A DNA stretch of 63,388 nt, filler included, from Octopus bimaculoides (GCF_001194135.2; 5 parts of 4 records of this genome joined end to end with filler, not necessarily neighbours in it), one strand, 5' to 3'; shown: positions 11,323 through 25,915, counted from the first letter of the whole stretch. A program made the numbers and translations. Notes: a model not told the origin generated them from the sequence alone.

Positions 11323-11770
11323 AAAGGTCACGTGATAAATATGGCGTCTATTACCCAGAAGTACATGTGTATTATAATTACTAAAATAATAACGAAAATA
11401 TCGAAAAAGAAAATCTACCTAAAATAAAAAGTTTCTTGAGGATTAAAAATACTAAAATACTTAAATTTGCAAATTAACGCAGAGTAATAACTATACACAT
11501 ACGAAAATTCTATATGACGTAAATAATGCTATGAAAATTAATACTGAAAAGTCATGTGATAAACATGGCTTCCATTACTACAGGTAAGTACGTGTTATAA
11601 TTTCTAAACTAAAATAATAACGAAAATATCGAAAAAGAAAATCTAGCTAAAATAAAAAGTTTATTGAAGATTAATAATACTAAAATACTTAAAACTCTCA
11701 AATTTACGCAGAATAATAACTATACCAAATACGAAAATTATATATTACTTAAATAATGTTATGAAACATT
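11323..11770 (+). repeat. Two-copy tandem duplication, period 224 bp
   Basis: GTCA(C/T)GTGATAAA…TAATAACGAAAATATCGAAAAAGAAAATCTA…TACGAAAATT repeats at 11327 and 11551. Confidence 0.9.
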
Positions 11771-12399
11771 GTAAAAGACTGCTCATATTATCGTTGAATA
11801 CTTAAAGTAAAGGTAGTTATATGTTCCAATTTAGTATAATATTGTGATGATTAAAGTGTATTCTAAAGCTAATTTGATGTATTTTACGATACTGATCATA
11901 ACTATAAGTTGGTACCTAATACTAGGTTTAGATGAATAAATTAGTTGTCTTAACTTATTATATAAGTAACTTAATTTATGTCAGCATTTAATATTATGTT
12001 CATCGTGGGAGTTAATTTTTTATTAGCTAATAATATCTCTTTAAATTCGTTAGTACATAATAATCAGAATTTATTCCCTATCCTATATGATTTAGCCTTG
12101 CAAACTATTTCCCATTTTAACTCGTAAGTTACTATAAGAACTGTAACATTGCCAACATTAAAGATGTGGAGAATACCAATTATATAAGCTCTAAATTTAA
12201 AACTAAAAGGGAACCCCCATATAATAGGGAAATTCAGTCTCTGGAAGACAAAATTTAGAAGGTGGTTAAAAACATTAAGTTTAAAAAGTACCGAAAGAGA
12301 CATAATGAATACTTAAGAAACTTACACTCTAATGGTGGAGGGAACCTGTGGAAGAGGTAGACTCAGGAAGACATAGGACGAGGTGATGAAGCACCATCT

Positions 12400-12950
12400 C
12401 TGAATGTTGGGCCTCATGGAGGCAATGACAAGCAGCCAAGACCTTTGGTTATATGCCATGCTTGAGAAGACCTGTCAAGCCATGTGAGATCATAGTTGTG
12501 ACCAATGCCAGTAGTGCGTGAATGTCCCATTAAAATCACCCTTCAAACATTGGACAATATACTGTGCTTGTAAAGACCTGTTGAGCCAAGTGAAATCATA
12601 GTCATGGTCGATGTCGGTGCCATCTGACTGGCAACCATGCTGGTGACACGTAAAAAGCACCTCATGGAGGCAGTGACAGGTGACCAAAACTTTTGGTGAT
12701 ATACCATGCAGTGTAGACCTGTGAAGCCAAGTGAGACCATAGTCATGTCCAATGACAGTGCCAGTTCAATGGCACCCATGCTGGTGGTATGTAAAAAACA
12801 CCTACTACACTCGGAGTTGGCTTTAGGAAGCGAATCCAGCCATAGAAACCTTGCCAAATCAGATTGGAACCTGGTGCAGCTGCCCGGCATACCAGTTCTC
12901 AGTCAAACTGTCCAGCATGGAAAACGGACGTTGAATGATGATGATGATGT
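12400..12950 (-). mobile_element. RTE-tail-type retroposon (family C) with internal tandem subrepeats
   Basis: CCTCATGGAGGCA(A/G)TGACA…GACCTGT…AGCCA(A/T)GTGAGA repeated, ending …CAGCATGGAAAACGGACGTTGAA(TGA)n. Confidence 0.55.
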
Positions 12951-12998
12951 ATCATATATCCCAAAAAGAAGCACATGCTAAAGAATAAGGCAGTAATG

Positions 12999-13696
12999 TA
13001 TTTATAAGTAGTTAAGTCTGTGTTTGGTCATAGAGTGACCGTATCCAGCCCTGGAGCCAACTGAAGATGTGCAAGTAATGTGAGTACAACCAACATCCTA
13101 AGCCTGAAAGTATATCGAGTCATCTGGGACAACCTTTAAACGATACCTGTACAACCGCAGGTTCTCTTTCAGCATTCCAGAAAGTTGATTTGTCACTTCC
13201 CTGCTCAGCCACGTGTGGGACCTCAAAGATGAACGGAACCCATACGATATCATATGCAGGGTCTTAGAGCAGCCAGGACCCTACATTAACAGGAGCAAAT
13301 ACTGGCTACACAAAAACTCACTGAAACCTGGATCACAGAACACTTGCCAGGAAATTTACTGTCCTTGCATCCATTTCAAATGCTACCTGCTGCAAGCATG
13401 GGATTCCCTATTCTCCAATCAGTCCTACAAGGGTCCTTACCATCTAAAATCAGCCCAAGGGATAAATCCACGTCCCCTTTTTTGGTTCACAAACACTAAT
13501 CTAAGGGAGATAACCCATCCTCACTGACCCTAGATTATTTATTCTTTGGTGACTTACTGACCACATGATCATAACGGATTTCTGCCTCCCATAGGAGAAG
13601 AGTTACTTTTGCCTTTGGCTTTAGAGTCTGACACTTTGTGGATGCAAAACTATTGGTCACTCTATGACCAGACATAGACTTAACTACTTATAAATA
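12999..13696 (+). mobile_element. Penelope-like element 3' fragment (GIY-YIG endonuclease) bounded by 42-bp inverted repeats
   Basis: KYIESSGTTFKRYLYNRRFSF…SLLSHVWDLKDERNPYDIICRVLEQPGPY matches the PLE GIY-YIG pattern YIG.T..FK.RY.NH..SF…LS.H.W.LKD….W.IL..A.PY. Segments 12999-13040 and 13655-13696 are inverted (40/42 match). Confidence 0.75.
13623..13663 (+). ncRNA. Degenerate hammerhead ribozyme relic at the PLE 3' end
   Basis: AGAGT/ACTCT 5-bp stem I, CTGACAC for CUGANGA, TTTG/CAAA stem II, AC…GT stem III, GUC triplet. The catalytic core is damaged. Confidence 0.45.
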
Positions 13697-13713
13697 TATA
13701 TATAATTAATAAT

Positions 13714-14070
13714 ACCCTTATCTGGTGGTCAATGAGGAAACTTGGGATAGAAGAATGGTTAGTGAGAGCTGTGCGAGCCATGTACAAAGATGCTGCCAGT
13801 AAGGTGAGGGTTGGAAATGAGTACAGCAATGAATTCCGGGTAGAGGTAGGGGTCCACCAAGGTTCCGTCCTCAGCCCCCTCTTATTTACCATAGTCCTCC
13901 AGGCAATCACAGAGGAGTTCAAGACAGGTTGCCCCTGGGAGCTCCTCTATGCTGATGACCTTGCCCTAATTGCGGAGTCACTATCAGAACTAGAGGAGAA
14001 GTTTCAGGTGTGGAAGCAAGGTCTAGAATTGAAGGGCCTTAGAGTCAACCTAGCTAAAACCAAAATCCTA
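13714..14070 (+). mobile_element. RTE-clade non-LTR retrotransposon reverse transcriptase fragment
   Basis: Uninterrupted frame MRKLGIEEWLVRAV…GVHQGSVLSPLLF…WELLYADDLAL…GLRVNLAKTKIL with QGSVLSP and YADD motifs, truncated by the gap. Confidence 0.92.
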
Positions 14071-14170
14071 NNNNNNNNNNNNNNNNNNNNNNNNNNNNNN
14101 NNNNNNNNNNNNNNTTAATTAATTAANNNNNNNNNNNNNNNNNNNNNNNNNNNNNNNNNNNNNNNNNNNN
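14071..14170. other. Artificial scaffolding spacer (44 N + TTAATTAATTAA + 44 N)
   Basis: Exactly 100 bp with a palindromic six-frame stop 12-mer at 14115-14126. The same layout occurs four times. Confidence 0.95.
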
Positions 14171-15987
14171 GGGGATGATTCTTTGTGGCCTGCTTGTTTG
14201 TTGCACCTTTTTTAAATATTTTTGTCCTTGTTCTTTTGCCACGTCATGTACCCAGTTATGTATCTATATGTACACGTGGATGAACATATATACATACATG
14301 TACATATATATGCATATACTCATATATTGTTTGTGTATATATATATATATATATATATATAGATAAATTATTCACTGATCTTTATCCATATATATATATA
14401 TATATATATATATGCATGTTTGTATGAACTTGAATATGTTGTTGCTTGACTGGTATTTATTTTATCGAATTCGAAATGTTGAAAGACAATGTCGACCACA
14501 GTGGTATTTGAACTCAGAACTTAGAGAAGGCTGAAAGGCCACTAAGCCTTACGCCTCCCTTGTGTATTGCGAATATATTAACTCCTGTTAATATTATTTA
14601 TGACACTGCACGAGAATTGAAACGCGGATTTACGTATAAGTATTAAAATTTCTCTTTGTTTAGCGCATCACATTTGCAATGTACATCGATCAATCCAAAG
14701 TCATCTATTACGTTTTCAACTAAACATCACGTGGAAAATGCCAGAAGAATATTTAGGTGAATAAATGGGAAACAACGTAGCAGCAGACACATTTGTTATT
14801 ACATTATCTATGTTGTGTGACACGTTGACGTCAATATAGGAAATAAGTTGAAACGATATTGCTTTTGTTCGTTTTATGATAAAGTAATTGTTAAAAACAA
14901 ACATATTTTATCGCAGCTGTAATAGAATGGCTTTGAACTGAGTATATAATATTTCAAATAAGCATTCTAAAATGCAAACAAACATTTTTCGTTTTTTTTT
15001 TGTTTTTGAAACGAAACTGCTAACTTGCTTAAATTTATATTAAAATATTGATTCATATCGTTTAGGAGGCTTCGTATAATATTTGGAAATACTTTACGTT
15101 GTGAACAAATAGTAGAATGACTTGGGTAAAATGTGTGTTACGTTTCAAAGTGAATTACGAAGAAATGTATTACATGAATGTTGTAAAATTATATAAGCGC
15201 TGTGTTGGATTATTCCTATTTAGAATCGAAGTTTGCGGGAAACAATTTTGAATCAACACATTCATAAATCAATTAAAAAATTTACGAATTGTTCGATTTT
15301 AGGCACTTTTATAATATTACTATTAGAAGGAAATCGAAAATATATATTTTGTAGTTGCGTATTTATGTATGCAATTATCTGTTGCTGCTGTGGAGTTCTT
15401 GCTGGAATGAGACGAACACAAGTTTGTGAGTAGAAATTGATTATCATCTGTTGTAGAAGAGTTTCATTCTGTTCCTGCTTTACTGCCCTCTACCACTTTA
15501 CTTACAGCTATTTTTTTAAATACTATCTTATTTTCAAGTTGTGTAAATTATATTTCTATGTTTATAATTTTTTTTATTTTACTTATGACTATTCTATATC
15601 GGGAATATGTGTCATTTATGAATATAGTAAGAAAAGCATTATTGAGATGTCTACTTAAAGATATTCCTGAAGAACAACCATGCTACTACAAATAATTATA
15701 ACTGTTACCTGCGTTTCAATTATATCTAATGATTTGCAGTGTTTTTCTGAAGGATATATTACTCATTGAATTTCGTGATATTCGCGATGTTAAAAGACAA
15801 GACTTTCTGTGAATTTTTCTAACAGAACACCATGCCAGTTACCTTTCTTAAACTGAAATTCATTTTAACGATCAAATTATGGCGACATTCTATAGAAAGG
15901 ATAAAATTTCTCGTGGTTGAAAGGGAAGGAAGTATGGATATATTCCGTGCAGAGAAGCAGAAGAGATATTTTAAAAATTATTATTTG

Positions 15988-16146
15988 GAGCGCCTGTGTG
16001 GTAAGTAGCTAGCTTACCAACTACATGGTTCCGGGTTCATTCTTACTATGTGGCAACTTGGGCAAGTTTCTTCTACTGTAGGCACGGGCCGACCAAAGGT
16101 TTGCGAGTGGATTTCGTACGCAGAAACTGAAAGACGTCTGTCGTGT

Positions 16147-16184
<38 letters not shown>

Positions 16185-16411
16185 GCTTATATATACGTGT
16201 GCATGTATTTGTGTGTTCGTGTTTGTCCTCCCCACATCGGTTGGCAACAGATATTGGTGTGTTTACGTCCCCGTAAATTAAAGGTCCTGCAAGAGTGACG
16301 GAGAGAATAAGTACTAGGTTCACAAAGAAAGAAGTCCAAGGGTCGATTTGTTCGACTAATGGCGATGCTCCAGCATGACCGCAGTCAAATGACTGAAGCA
16401 AATAAAAGAAT
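15988..16411 (+). mobile_element. SINE family A, full length, diverged
   Basis: Head CCTGTGTGGTAAGTAGCTAGCTTACC, internal (CA)n, tail GCAGTCAAATGACTGAAGCAAATAAAAGAA. Confidence 0.8.
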
Positions 16412-17652
16412 GATATATTCGGTGTACATTAGTGGATGAGTATGTACATGGCAATGTAAAGTATCCCATATGTTTCTCTCGTCAAATGCTTAAAATTGCT
16501 TACAAAGCGAGATGTAAAAGCGATAAGATCAATTTAGAAAATATTTGCATTATTATTATAAATCGAAAATATTATCGGTACATTTTACGACGAAATTAAG
16601 AAAAAAAAGAGACGGGGAAAAAAGATATCTATAGGATTCTAAACAATGCATAAGGTCGGAAAATCGAATCTGACTTTTGAAGTACATTTCGATTGCATAA
16701 ATCACGTATTCCGCAAAACAGTGTTCGGTAATGTCACCATCTTTTTATGAGGTCCCACTGATGCAATTCATAGTTGCCCATAATTAGACGAGTTACAAAA
16801 AGAAGTGGATCGATAACCGGGTTTACTGATGTCGTTGGACTGCAACTGAAGATGAAGTTCGTGCGAAAGACATTGATTTAAATAAATTACAATGACGATA
16901 AACATGCGTTGAGAAGAATTTTTAAAAAATATAACTTATTTGGTAATTATAGAATAACATTATGGAACATATCTTAGAATTGATTTTCCAGATATATATA
17001 ACTAGGTAATTGAGATTTCAGCTTTTTCTCCATTTCTTTCTCCGTCGTATATATATTTGATGCGACTCTACTCTATATTGTTTTCTACCTCATTCTCACT
17101 AATTCATTTTTTCTCACTTTAGCCGTTTTCTATCTGTCTCTCTTCCCCTTTTTCTTTTTTCTGTCTTTCGTTGCTCACACGTGACCATCGTCTATCTTTT
17201 CCCCACGTGACCATCTTTCTTTCCCGCATGGACCTTCAAGGACTGGATGTCTCCTATCTCTCTCTTCTATTTTTTTCTCATTTGAAAGAAAATATTTCTC
17301 TAAGCATTCACTATTTTCCCCTTGTTCTGGTCTAACGCCCTCCATGCCTTTTTTTTTCTTCCGTTTTCTCTGTATGTCTACACTGTCATGAACTTGTTCC
17401 TAAGTTTGACCCTCCTTAAATTCTAAATTTAATTTTGGTATTTATGAGAACAACTGTCTTCGGAGACTCATACTGTTGGTCATTGCTCGAAGTGAGGAGT
17501 GGATAGACAGCGGACAACTGATGAAGATTCGTTCTTTGTGTCCTTTGTATTACTTATCTTGTTTTCCATTTTTTTATCGTTATTCGCGTATTTAAATCAT
17601 TTGTTTACGTATTTCGGGTTGTTTACTATTGGTAAATTCCTGTACCCATATA

Positions 17653-17683
<31 letters not shown>

Positions 17684-20197
17684 CTGTGTGTGTATGTATG
17701 TACGTATACTTCTATATGCGTGGCTTGATCATTAAGATGTTGCAGCAGTGATTTTGAGACTGAAGTTTCAAATCCTTGACTGGTTCCTCCGTTGTACTCT
17801 TCAGCAAAACCATTGATTACAAGTTGTGTCAGGTCACAAAGCAGAAACATGTGCGTAATCCTGCCACTGCCATTTCGTCAATGGGAAGAGTTATATAACT
17901 TAAAATCTGTGAAACCCGTATATGGGCCTAGGCCGCGGAAAGGAATTTGATAATTTTATATGTATATTGGTTTGTATACTGGTTTCTGAATATAATGATT
18001 TAGCAATATCTCTTCTAAGTCTATTCTTATGTTTCTAATGAATTATTTAGATTTGTTTACATGTATGCTACCAAGGCAATGCTCTAAACGCCTGTATAAC
18101 CTGTCAATGGGAGCCGATGTCCATTATTCTAGCAGTCGATTTATACTCGAAATCAGAAGATGAGGAAGAATTTGAGCAAGAGTACAAGCAACAAAAATAT
18201 AAAGTTCAGACACTCGATATTTATTATTCGTCAGACCTTAGTGATAATCTGTCTAAATCAGCTAGGAATTTATGAAAAGTGACACTGATAACCGTGTGAA
18301 TTGATTTCAAAATACGGATGTAAATAATAAGGTGTAAAAAAGTTTAAAAAAAAAGCAAAACAAATAAACCCTGAATTCTACCGAATTCCTGACAACTGAT
18401 ATCCCGGTAAATATATATTTGTACAAATATATTTTTGACATAAATTAGATAATAAGTTATAATTTCTTTTGCGGAGTAAATTATTCATATTTCGAACATT
18501 GATTGACTGGCAAATCTATACATATTTAATTGTGTATGCGTGCCTTCAAAGTGTACAAGTATATATATATATATATNNNNNNNNNNNNNNNNNNNNNNNN
18601 NNNNNNNNNNNNNNNNNNNNNNNNNNNNNNNNNNNNNNNNNNNNNNNNNNNNNNNNNNNNNNNNNNNNNNNNNNNNNNNNNNNNNNNNNNNNNNNNNNNN
18701 NNNNNNNNNNNNNNNNNNNNNNNNNNNNNNNNNNNNNNNNNNNNNNNNNNNNNNNNNNNNNNNNNNNNNNNNNNNNNNNNNNNNNNNNNNNNNNNNNNNN
18801 NNNNNNNNNNNNNNNNNNNNNNNNNNNNNNNNNNNNNNNNNNNNNNNNNNNNNNNNNNNNNNNNNNNNNNNNNNNNNNNNNNNNNNNNNNNNNNNNNNNN
18901 NNNNNNNNNNNNNNNNNNNNNNNNNNNNNNNNNNNNNNNNNNNNNNNNNNNNNNNNNNNNNNNNNNNNNNNNNNNNNNNNNNNNNNNNNNNNNNNNNNNN
19001 NNNNNNNNNNNNNNNNNNNNNNNNNNNNNNNNNNNNNNNNNNNNNNNNNNNNNNNNNNNNNNNNNNNNNNNNNNNTATATATATATGTATGTATGTGTGT
19101 GTGTGTGTGTCTATGTAAGTGTGTGTGTATGCGTATATGTATGTATAAAGAAAGAGAGAGAGGTAAACGGAAGCCTACATATACAGATATTTGTACGTGC
19201 GTATGCTAGTAAAAGTAATTGCTAGTCCAATAATAGTCAATCCATTAATAAAAAAAATGTAGAAACAGTATATTGCAGACTATTAAACCACTGGTATTTG
19301 TAGAGAGAAGCCGTATCGAACACATTATTTTAACAATAGTCTCTCAAAAACAATATCAGCCATCTTTTCGATGTAAGTGTACACTATTGTAAATTAGCAC
19401 ACACTTTTCTTCTTGAGAGGAAAGTAAAGAACCGATCTGCTAAAATACATATGGTAATCGTAACATAACATAATATAATTAGATGCTCTGGGCAAGGTTA
19501 ATGGAAAAGTTAGCGACTTCTGCGATGGTAGTGAGAAATAAAGATGAAGCAAGATACTTGATTAGATTAAGTATCAATATGCTCGGGAGCATCGGTCATT
19601 TAGTTATTGTTATCGGAGAAAAGAGTACAAACATGTTTAACGTAATCAACATAACAGAAAATACAACAACATAACTTATTATAATTTCAGACTACTTGTA
19701 GATCAATAATTATAGTCTTCAACTATAGAATTCTCTCCAAAAATGCGTGTCTTCAGGTAACTTCGTTGTATTTTTTAAACGCCGTCCTAAAATAGCGGGA
19801 AAGATCAAATAGATATCGAAANNNNNNNNNNNNNNNNNNNNNNNNNNNNNNNNNNNNNNNNNNNNNNNNNNNNNNNNNNNNNNNNNNNNNNNNNNNNNNN
19901 NNNNNNNNNNNNNNNNNNNNNNNNNNNNNNNNNNNNNNNNNNNNNNNNNNNNNNNNNNNNNNNNNNNNNNNNNNNNNNNNNNNNNNNNNNNNNNNNNNNN
20001 NNNNNNNNNNNNNNNNNNNNNNNNNNNNNNNNNNNNNNNNNNNNNNNNNNNNNNNNNNNNNNNNNNNNNNNNNNNNNNNNNNNNNNNNNNNNNNNNNNNN
20101 NNNNNNNNNNNNNNNNNNNNNNNNNNNNNNNNNNNNNNNNNNNNNNNNNNNNNNNNNNNNNNNNNNNNNNNNNNNNNNNNNNNNNNNNNNNNNNNNN

Positions 20198-20228
<31 letters not shown>

Positions 20229-21901
20229 GCATGCATATGTGTGTGTCTATGTGTGTTCAACTACTTTTCTGAATAATCACCAATGAAAAAATATGTGCAC
20301 ACATAATATTACATACATGCATAACTACATTCAAACAAATGCACACATGCAGAGACTCACACACATACACACTTATACACACATACACACTTATACACAC
20401 ATACACACAGACAGTGGGATGCAGTATATCTGTTTTGAGTTACATATATTATTCGATGACAATTTGATTCTGTTTCACGCAAAATAAAATTTACTATGGT
20501 CTGAAAACGAACATACGTCGTAAGACTTGTGGACGCAGAATGAAAGAACTCCAAGATGTGTTGGGCCGCTATTGGACAACGTCGGTAGTGACATCAATTG
20601 TAATAAATATGCCAGCCTGAACACATGCTAGGACAAATTGCTGGTCATAACTTCCTGTTTAGGAATTGGTGTCTAGGCTCGTTAGTGTGTGTGTGTGTAC
20701 ACATCATGTGTGAACGCTTGTATCTGGTACCTCTGGTTTTGTATCTGCTTTGCGTGTCGACATGTCTGTGTACGTGTATACATATTATGGGCAATTATGA
20801 GGAATCTTCTAAACAGGCGCTCCTAGCTTTCATACTGAAATGATTTCATTTCAATTTTGTAACATTTTCAGGAATTGTCTGATTATATATCATTGGAGCA
20901 TCAAACCAAATCACCCCTGACTTACAAAATATGAAATAATGAGTCTATAGTATGATATAGATGTCCTTTAGGTTGTAGTCATATACGTTCAGCTGTAATC
21001 ATAACCTTCAATAACTGTCAAATAAAAAATATGTTGTAAACTTAGAGTTGATTTGAACGTCATTTGCTGCTTGACAGAAAATTCAACCAGATTTAATTGC
21101 CTGACACATTTAAAACATAAAACTGAAATCATATTGTAAAATTTTAATAGACTTTAGGTGCATAGTCTAGGGTGTACCATTTCGATTTTGTTTATAGTAC
21201 ACGTCAGATTTAATCAATATTGAATACAAAACGTGCTTCCTTAGGAAGTCAGTATATACTTTGGTATTAAGGTTATACAAAGTTTGCAAGTTTAGCTAAG
21301 GTAAATATAAACTCATACACACCATATGCATCACACATACACTCACACAAACACAGAGAGGCACGCACACGGGCGTATATATATTTTACGGTTTGCCGTC
21401 CGTGTTCAATGACCTGTTATGTATGTAGAAGTGTAATTCTCAACCAATAATTATTGGTTCAGAATTATATGTTGAAAGCCGCAAAAAGTTTTCTGATTTT
21501 CTGATGGTTCTGCTTATTAAAGTCATAAAATTTTACACTTTCTTCTACACCTGGTCGCTTTAAATATCCGGCTTTCTCCCACTCGTTTTCTTTCTCTTTC
21601 TGTATGCCTCGTGAATGAAACAGTGCTAAAAGATTTATTGAAAACATTGAGAAAACCCCTACAAATTGTCCTTGTATTTTACACCTCGACGTATCCTTAC
21701 TTTTTATCTTCTTTATCATATCACGTTATTCTTCCTCCAGTGATATATTTACTTACGTCCCTTGATAAGCCTACAATTAATACATTAAGTCTCGATCCTT
21801 CAACCATCTATTCCCCTCTATATTCATTCACAAGCTCATTCAAATTTTCAACCAGACATACACACACATACACACACTCAGTCACACACACACACGTACA
21901 T

Positions 21902-21943
<42 letters not shown>

Positions 21944-24900
21944 CCTATATAAAAGAATATCGTGAACGAAATTTTCAATTTTGTTTCCCATAACATATAT
22001 TTAATTTGATCAGCATTTATCACAGTCGCTATGTACGATATTTATCTTAAATAAAACGTAAAGTATGCAATATCTCTTTACTTTATGGGCAGATGTCAGG
22101 ATGAGGTTCTATTTTCACAGGAGTCTGTTTCAGTCTTTCAACTATTAATTTGATTATATGTAGGATTATTTGTGTTTATGTCTGTTTGTCTCTTTCCATT
22201 AACTGCATTTGTCCTCATACTTCTGACTAAGAAACATATCCATAATTTGTTAATGAATGAAATAATTCCTCACATAATCTGACTATCATGACTTCAGTTA
22301 TGGGGAACAAGATAAAATATATTTTGAAGATATATCGCTACACCATTGAGTATTCATTCTCAATGCACCAAAATATAATCTTGTGTCATAAGATGATAAT
22401 TATTACCTGCTAACTTCTATTGCTTCCAAAATTTAATATTTATATGTGCAAAGACGAAATACATTCAATCATTTCAAATTTGAAGAACTAAATATAAAAT
22501 GTAATGTTTCACGAAAGTGACTAAGTCATATTTCGGATACATTATAAAGCTGCCAACGATAGTAATTGCTTTCATGTCAACAAGACTCAATGTAGTTTTC
22601 ACATATGTACAGTACAGTGGTTCGTTTCATTAATTTTAATATTCAAACAATTGTGTGTTTAAAAGTATTTCCTTAGCTTCCAGGAACAATATCACATCGT
22701 TCCGCAGGTACAACTTGGAAAAGAATGTCTTACACCAGACTGACCTCTCTTGTAACTCTGCATAATTATGTTATATTCAATGGCGCTTTTAAAATGAAAT
22801 ACTTAATAGGATTTTTCGTCAAATGATCAATTATTTTTCTTAAACTGACGCGAGATTGGATGATAATTTAGCTAGAAGCTTCCTAGCAGCTATATTTGTC
22901 TGGATATCTGAAAATAGCACAATCAATACAAACCAATTTTTGAAACAAATTTCTTGGTGAACTTGGAAATGTTATGAACAATAAGTGAGCCACATTCTTT
23001 ATTTTCACTGGGTGAAAGTTTAATCATTTACTTTTGACATTAACTGTCATTTATCTCGGAAAATAATATAGCACCAAAGTTGCTGACAATATACATTAAT
23101 AAGTTTGCTTGTGGTGTGTATCTGCCAAACACTAATACTCATAAAACACAAACACAAACGCATTTATACAGAGAGATGGGGAGGGGAGGAGAAAGAGAGA
23201 AACAAACAGACAGACAGAGAGCAAGAAAGACAGAGAGAGAAAGAGGGAGATGGAGAGACAGACAGAGAGGTGGACTGAAGAAACAGACGAAAACATGTAT
23301 GGCAAAATTGGTCTCTCATTCTAGTGTATGTAGTAATGACTATATGTTAATCTGGGACGATTTTCTGCATCTACACACAGACAATCGCACATATAGACAC
23401 ACATATGTTCCTATATATAGAGTTATGCATACACACACACACACACACGCGCATATATACATATATATAGATATGTACATTTTCGCGTTCGCACATACAA
23501 ACAGAGAAAAATTAAAGTACATATTAAAATGCTTCTAATACATCTTACTATATAGGGGATTATGATTGTGAACAATTTCTATGCTATAACAATGGATGTC
23601 AGTATTGCTATGCAGTAACCTACATAGAATTTCAGATAATATATCACAAATTATATCACGACTTCAATAACAAATATCAAATTTATAACTAACAATAACA
23701 ATATCAAATTTATAACTGACGGATGAATAATAAAACCGCGGTTTAATTATCGAATTGACGGAAGAGTAGGGAATACCAGCGATAAAAGAAATAATAACTT
23801 AGATAAAGCAAAACTTGGAAGAAAGTGGAAACATGCTGCAACTGTAAATATATGTTAAAGTTTACCCTGAGTAAATATTGCTTCTAATATTACCAAAATA
23901 TTTATATATCTAATCAGAAGCTGTTCTAGGACATCATTACAGCGACACATACAGAAGACATTTACAATTGCTTAACCAAATACATATATATATATATCTA
24001 CATGTGTGGGCATATGTGTGTGTGTGTGTGTGTGTGTGTGTATACACGTATCTATATACGTGCGTATTTGTGTGTGTGTGTGTTTGTGTACGTGTGTCTG
24101 TATATGTACATACGTATGTATATATAATTTATTATTGTCAGTTTCTAAAAGAATGTTTATATGATAGAGCGTTGGAATTATTAAAGCTATATCGTTTCTC
24201 TACATCGCCATTGTTCTATTTGTACTAGCCAGATATTGACACTTTTACAACTCCTACAAAAATGATTCTGTAACGTATCCTGAGAGTAATATGAACATAG
24301 TTACATTAGATGACAACGTTACAGTGATTTTAAATATTTATCACTTATACTTGAATCATTTTAAACAAACGACATACAAATAACACTGTTTAGATATTTC
24401 TAAAACAAGTTTTGTTTAAAGTAACTGAATCAGACAAAAAGACTTGTCAAATATTTTTGTTCCCTGCCTCCATTCATCTAAATACAACAACTGAAGAAAC
24501 AAAAAAATATCTTCAAATACATTCAACAATACTTATTAGTTTTCAATCAATTCAAAATTCTGCATAATATACATTGATAGATAAAAGATAAAATTTTGCT
24601 GTATTGAAGACTTCTGTGAAATGATGTATAAAAATGTTATCACACACAAACATACACAATATACAGAGCGAACTATGACTGTATACATTTGAATTGCTAG
24701 TTAAATATGTATTTGCTCTATGACATAATGTAAACACACGCAGATACAACCAAGCAGACTCACATACGTAGAGTAATTCGAAGTTAACAGAAATATAACA
24801 ACTATGCGTATGTGTATGGGTGTGTGAAAATATATGCATATGCATGCAGAAACTTACATATTTCGACGTACGCACGCATACATACATACGTGTGTATAAA

Positions 24901-25915
24901 TACACGCATACATACATACATACAAACACATAGATACGCATACATACTTGTGTGTTTCTGTCTATGTATGTATGTATGAGAGAGAGAGAGAGAGGGGGGG
25001 GAAGAAAGAGATACAGGGAGTTGTAGGAGGACAGGTAGAAGAGTTCAATTTTGAGAATTATAATACAGGAACGCAACTACTTGGTGATCTTAAATTTCGT
25101 AGTTGAAAATGACATTTAAATGAAACAAGAGAGCAGTAAATGCGAATGATTATAAAACATTCAGGAGTGGAAATTTCAGAGACCTCGGAGAATACATGAT
25201 TTTGTACCATAAGCATATCTTCAGTTCAATGATGTTCATGATGGTGATTATGATGATGAAGATGATATTAGTTAAGCATTATTTGCAACCGTATGTTCGT
25301 ACACATTTTTTGTCATGATAAAATTAACGGAAAATTACATATAATAACTGAGAAAACCCTGTAATTCTTCCATGTTTATACTAAACCCGAGTTACAAATA
25401 TACAATATACAAATGAATAAGATTGTTGAATGATTTTGTAGAAATATGCAACATCATTGAAATGCGAGAAGGGAACAGTTCAAAATAAAAATGTTCAACT
25501 CATGAATATTATTGTAAAAGATAATAGAGTTTCCAGTTGGTTGGTTCACGGCATCATTTATATAGAGTGTCTAGGCAGAAAGTCCACGAAATGAGATAAG
25601 TAACATTGTATAGAGACGCATTAGAATCCCAAGATTTTGTAAATGAGCAAAAGAGTAACTTAAAAAACCCACGCAAGCTATCCGCAAAATTTCTGAACGT
25701 TAACTACTCTATCAAAAATAAATCGCTGCTACCGTTTATTGATCTAAATTGGTAATTGTCAAAAGCACAATGTGAAAATGATTGCTTAGAATATTAATTA
25801 TTTGCGATGTATATATATATATATAANNNNNNNNNNNNNNNNNNNNNNNNNNNNNNNNNNNNNNNNNNNNNNNNNNNNNNNNNNNNNNNNNNNNNNNNNN
25901 NNNNNNNNNNNNNNN

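Larger units (their letters stand above)
10505..12320. mobile_element. Probable Penelope-like element remnant: pLTR-like region, tandem duplication, ORF N-terminal piece
   Basis: The + translation at ~12180-12320 reads KFKTKREPPYNREIQSLEDKI*KVVKNIKFKKY, matching the PLE ORF motif FK..K.PP…E..FE.DL…KNIKF. The region also holds a hammerhead-like motif and retains CpGs unlike the flanking intron. That it is a single element is inference. Confidence 0.5.

Noticed and set aside
17500-17560. CTGATGAAG as a possible hammerhead core
   Set aside because: No stem II partner or GAAA at a suitable position was found.
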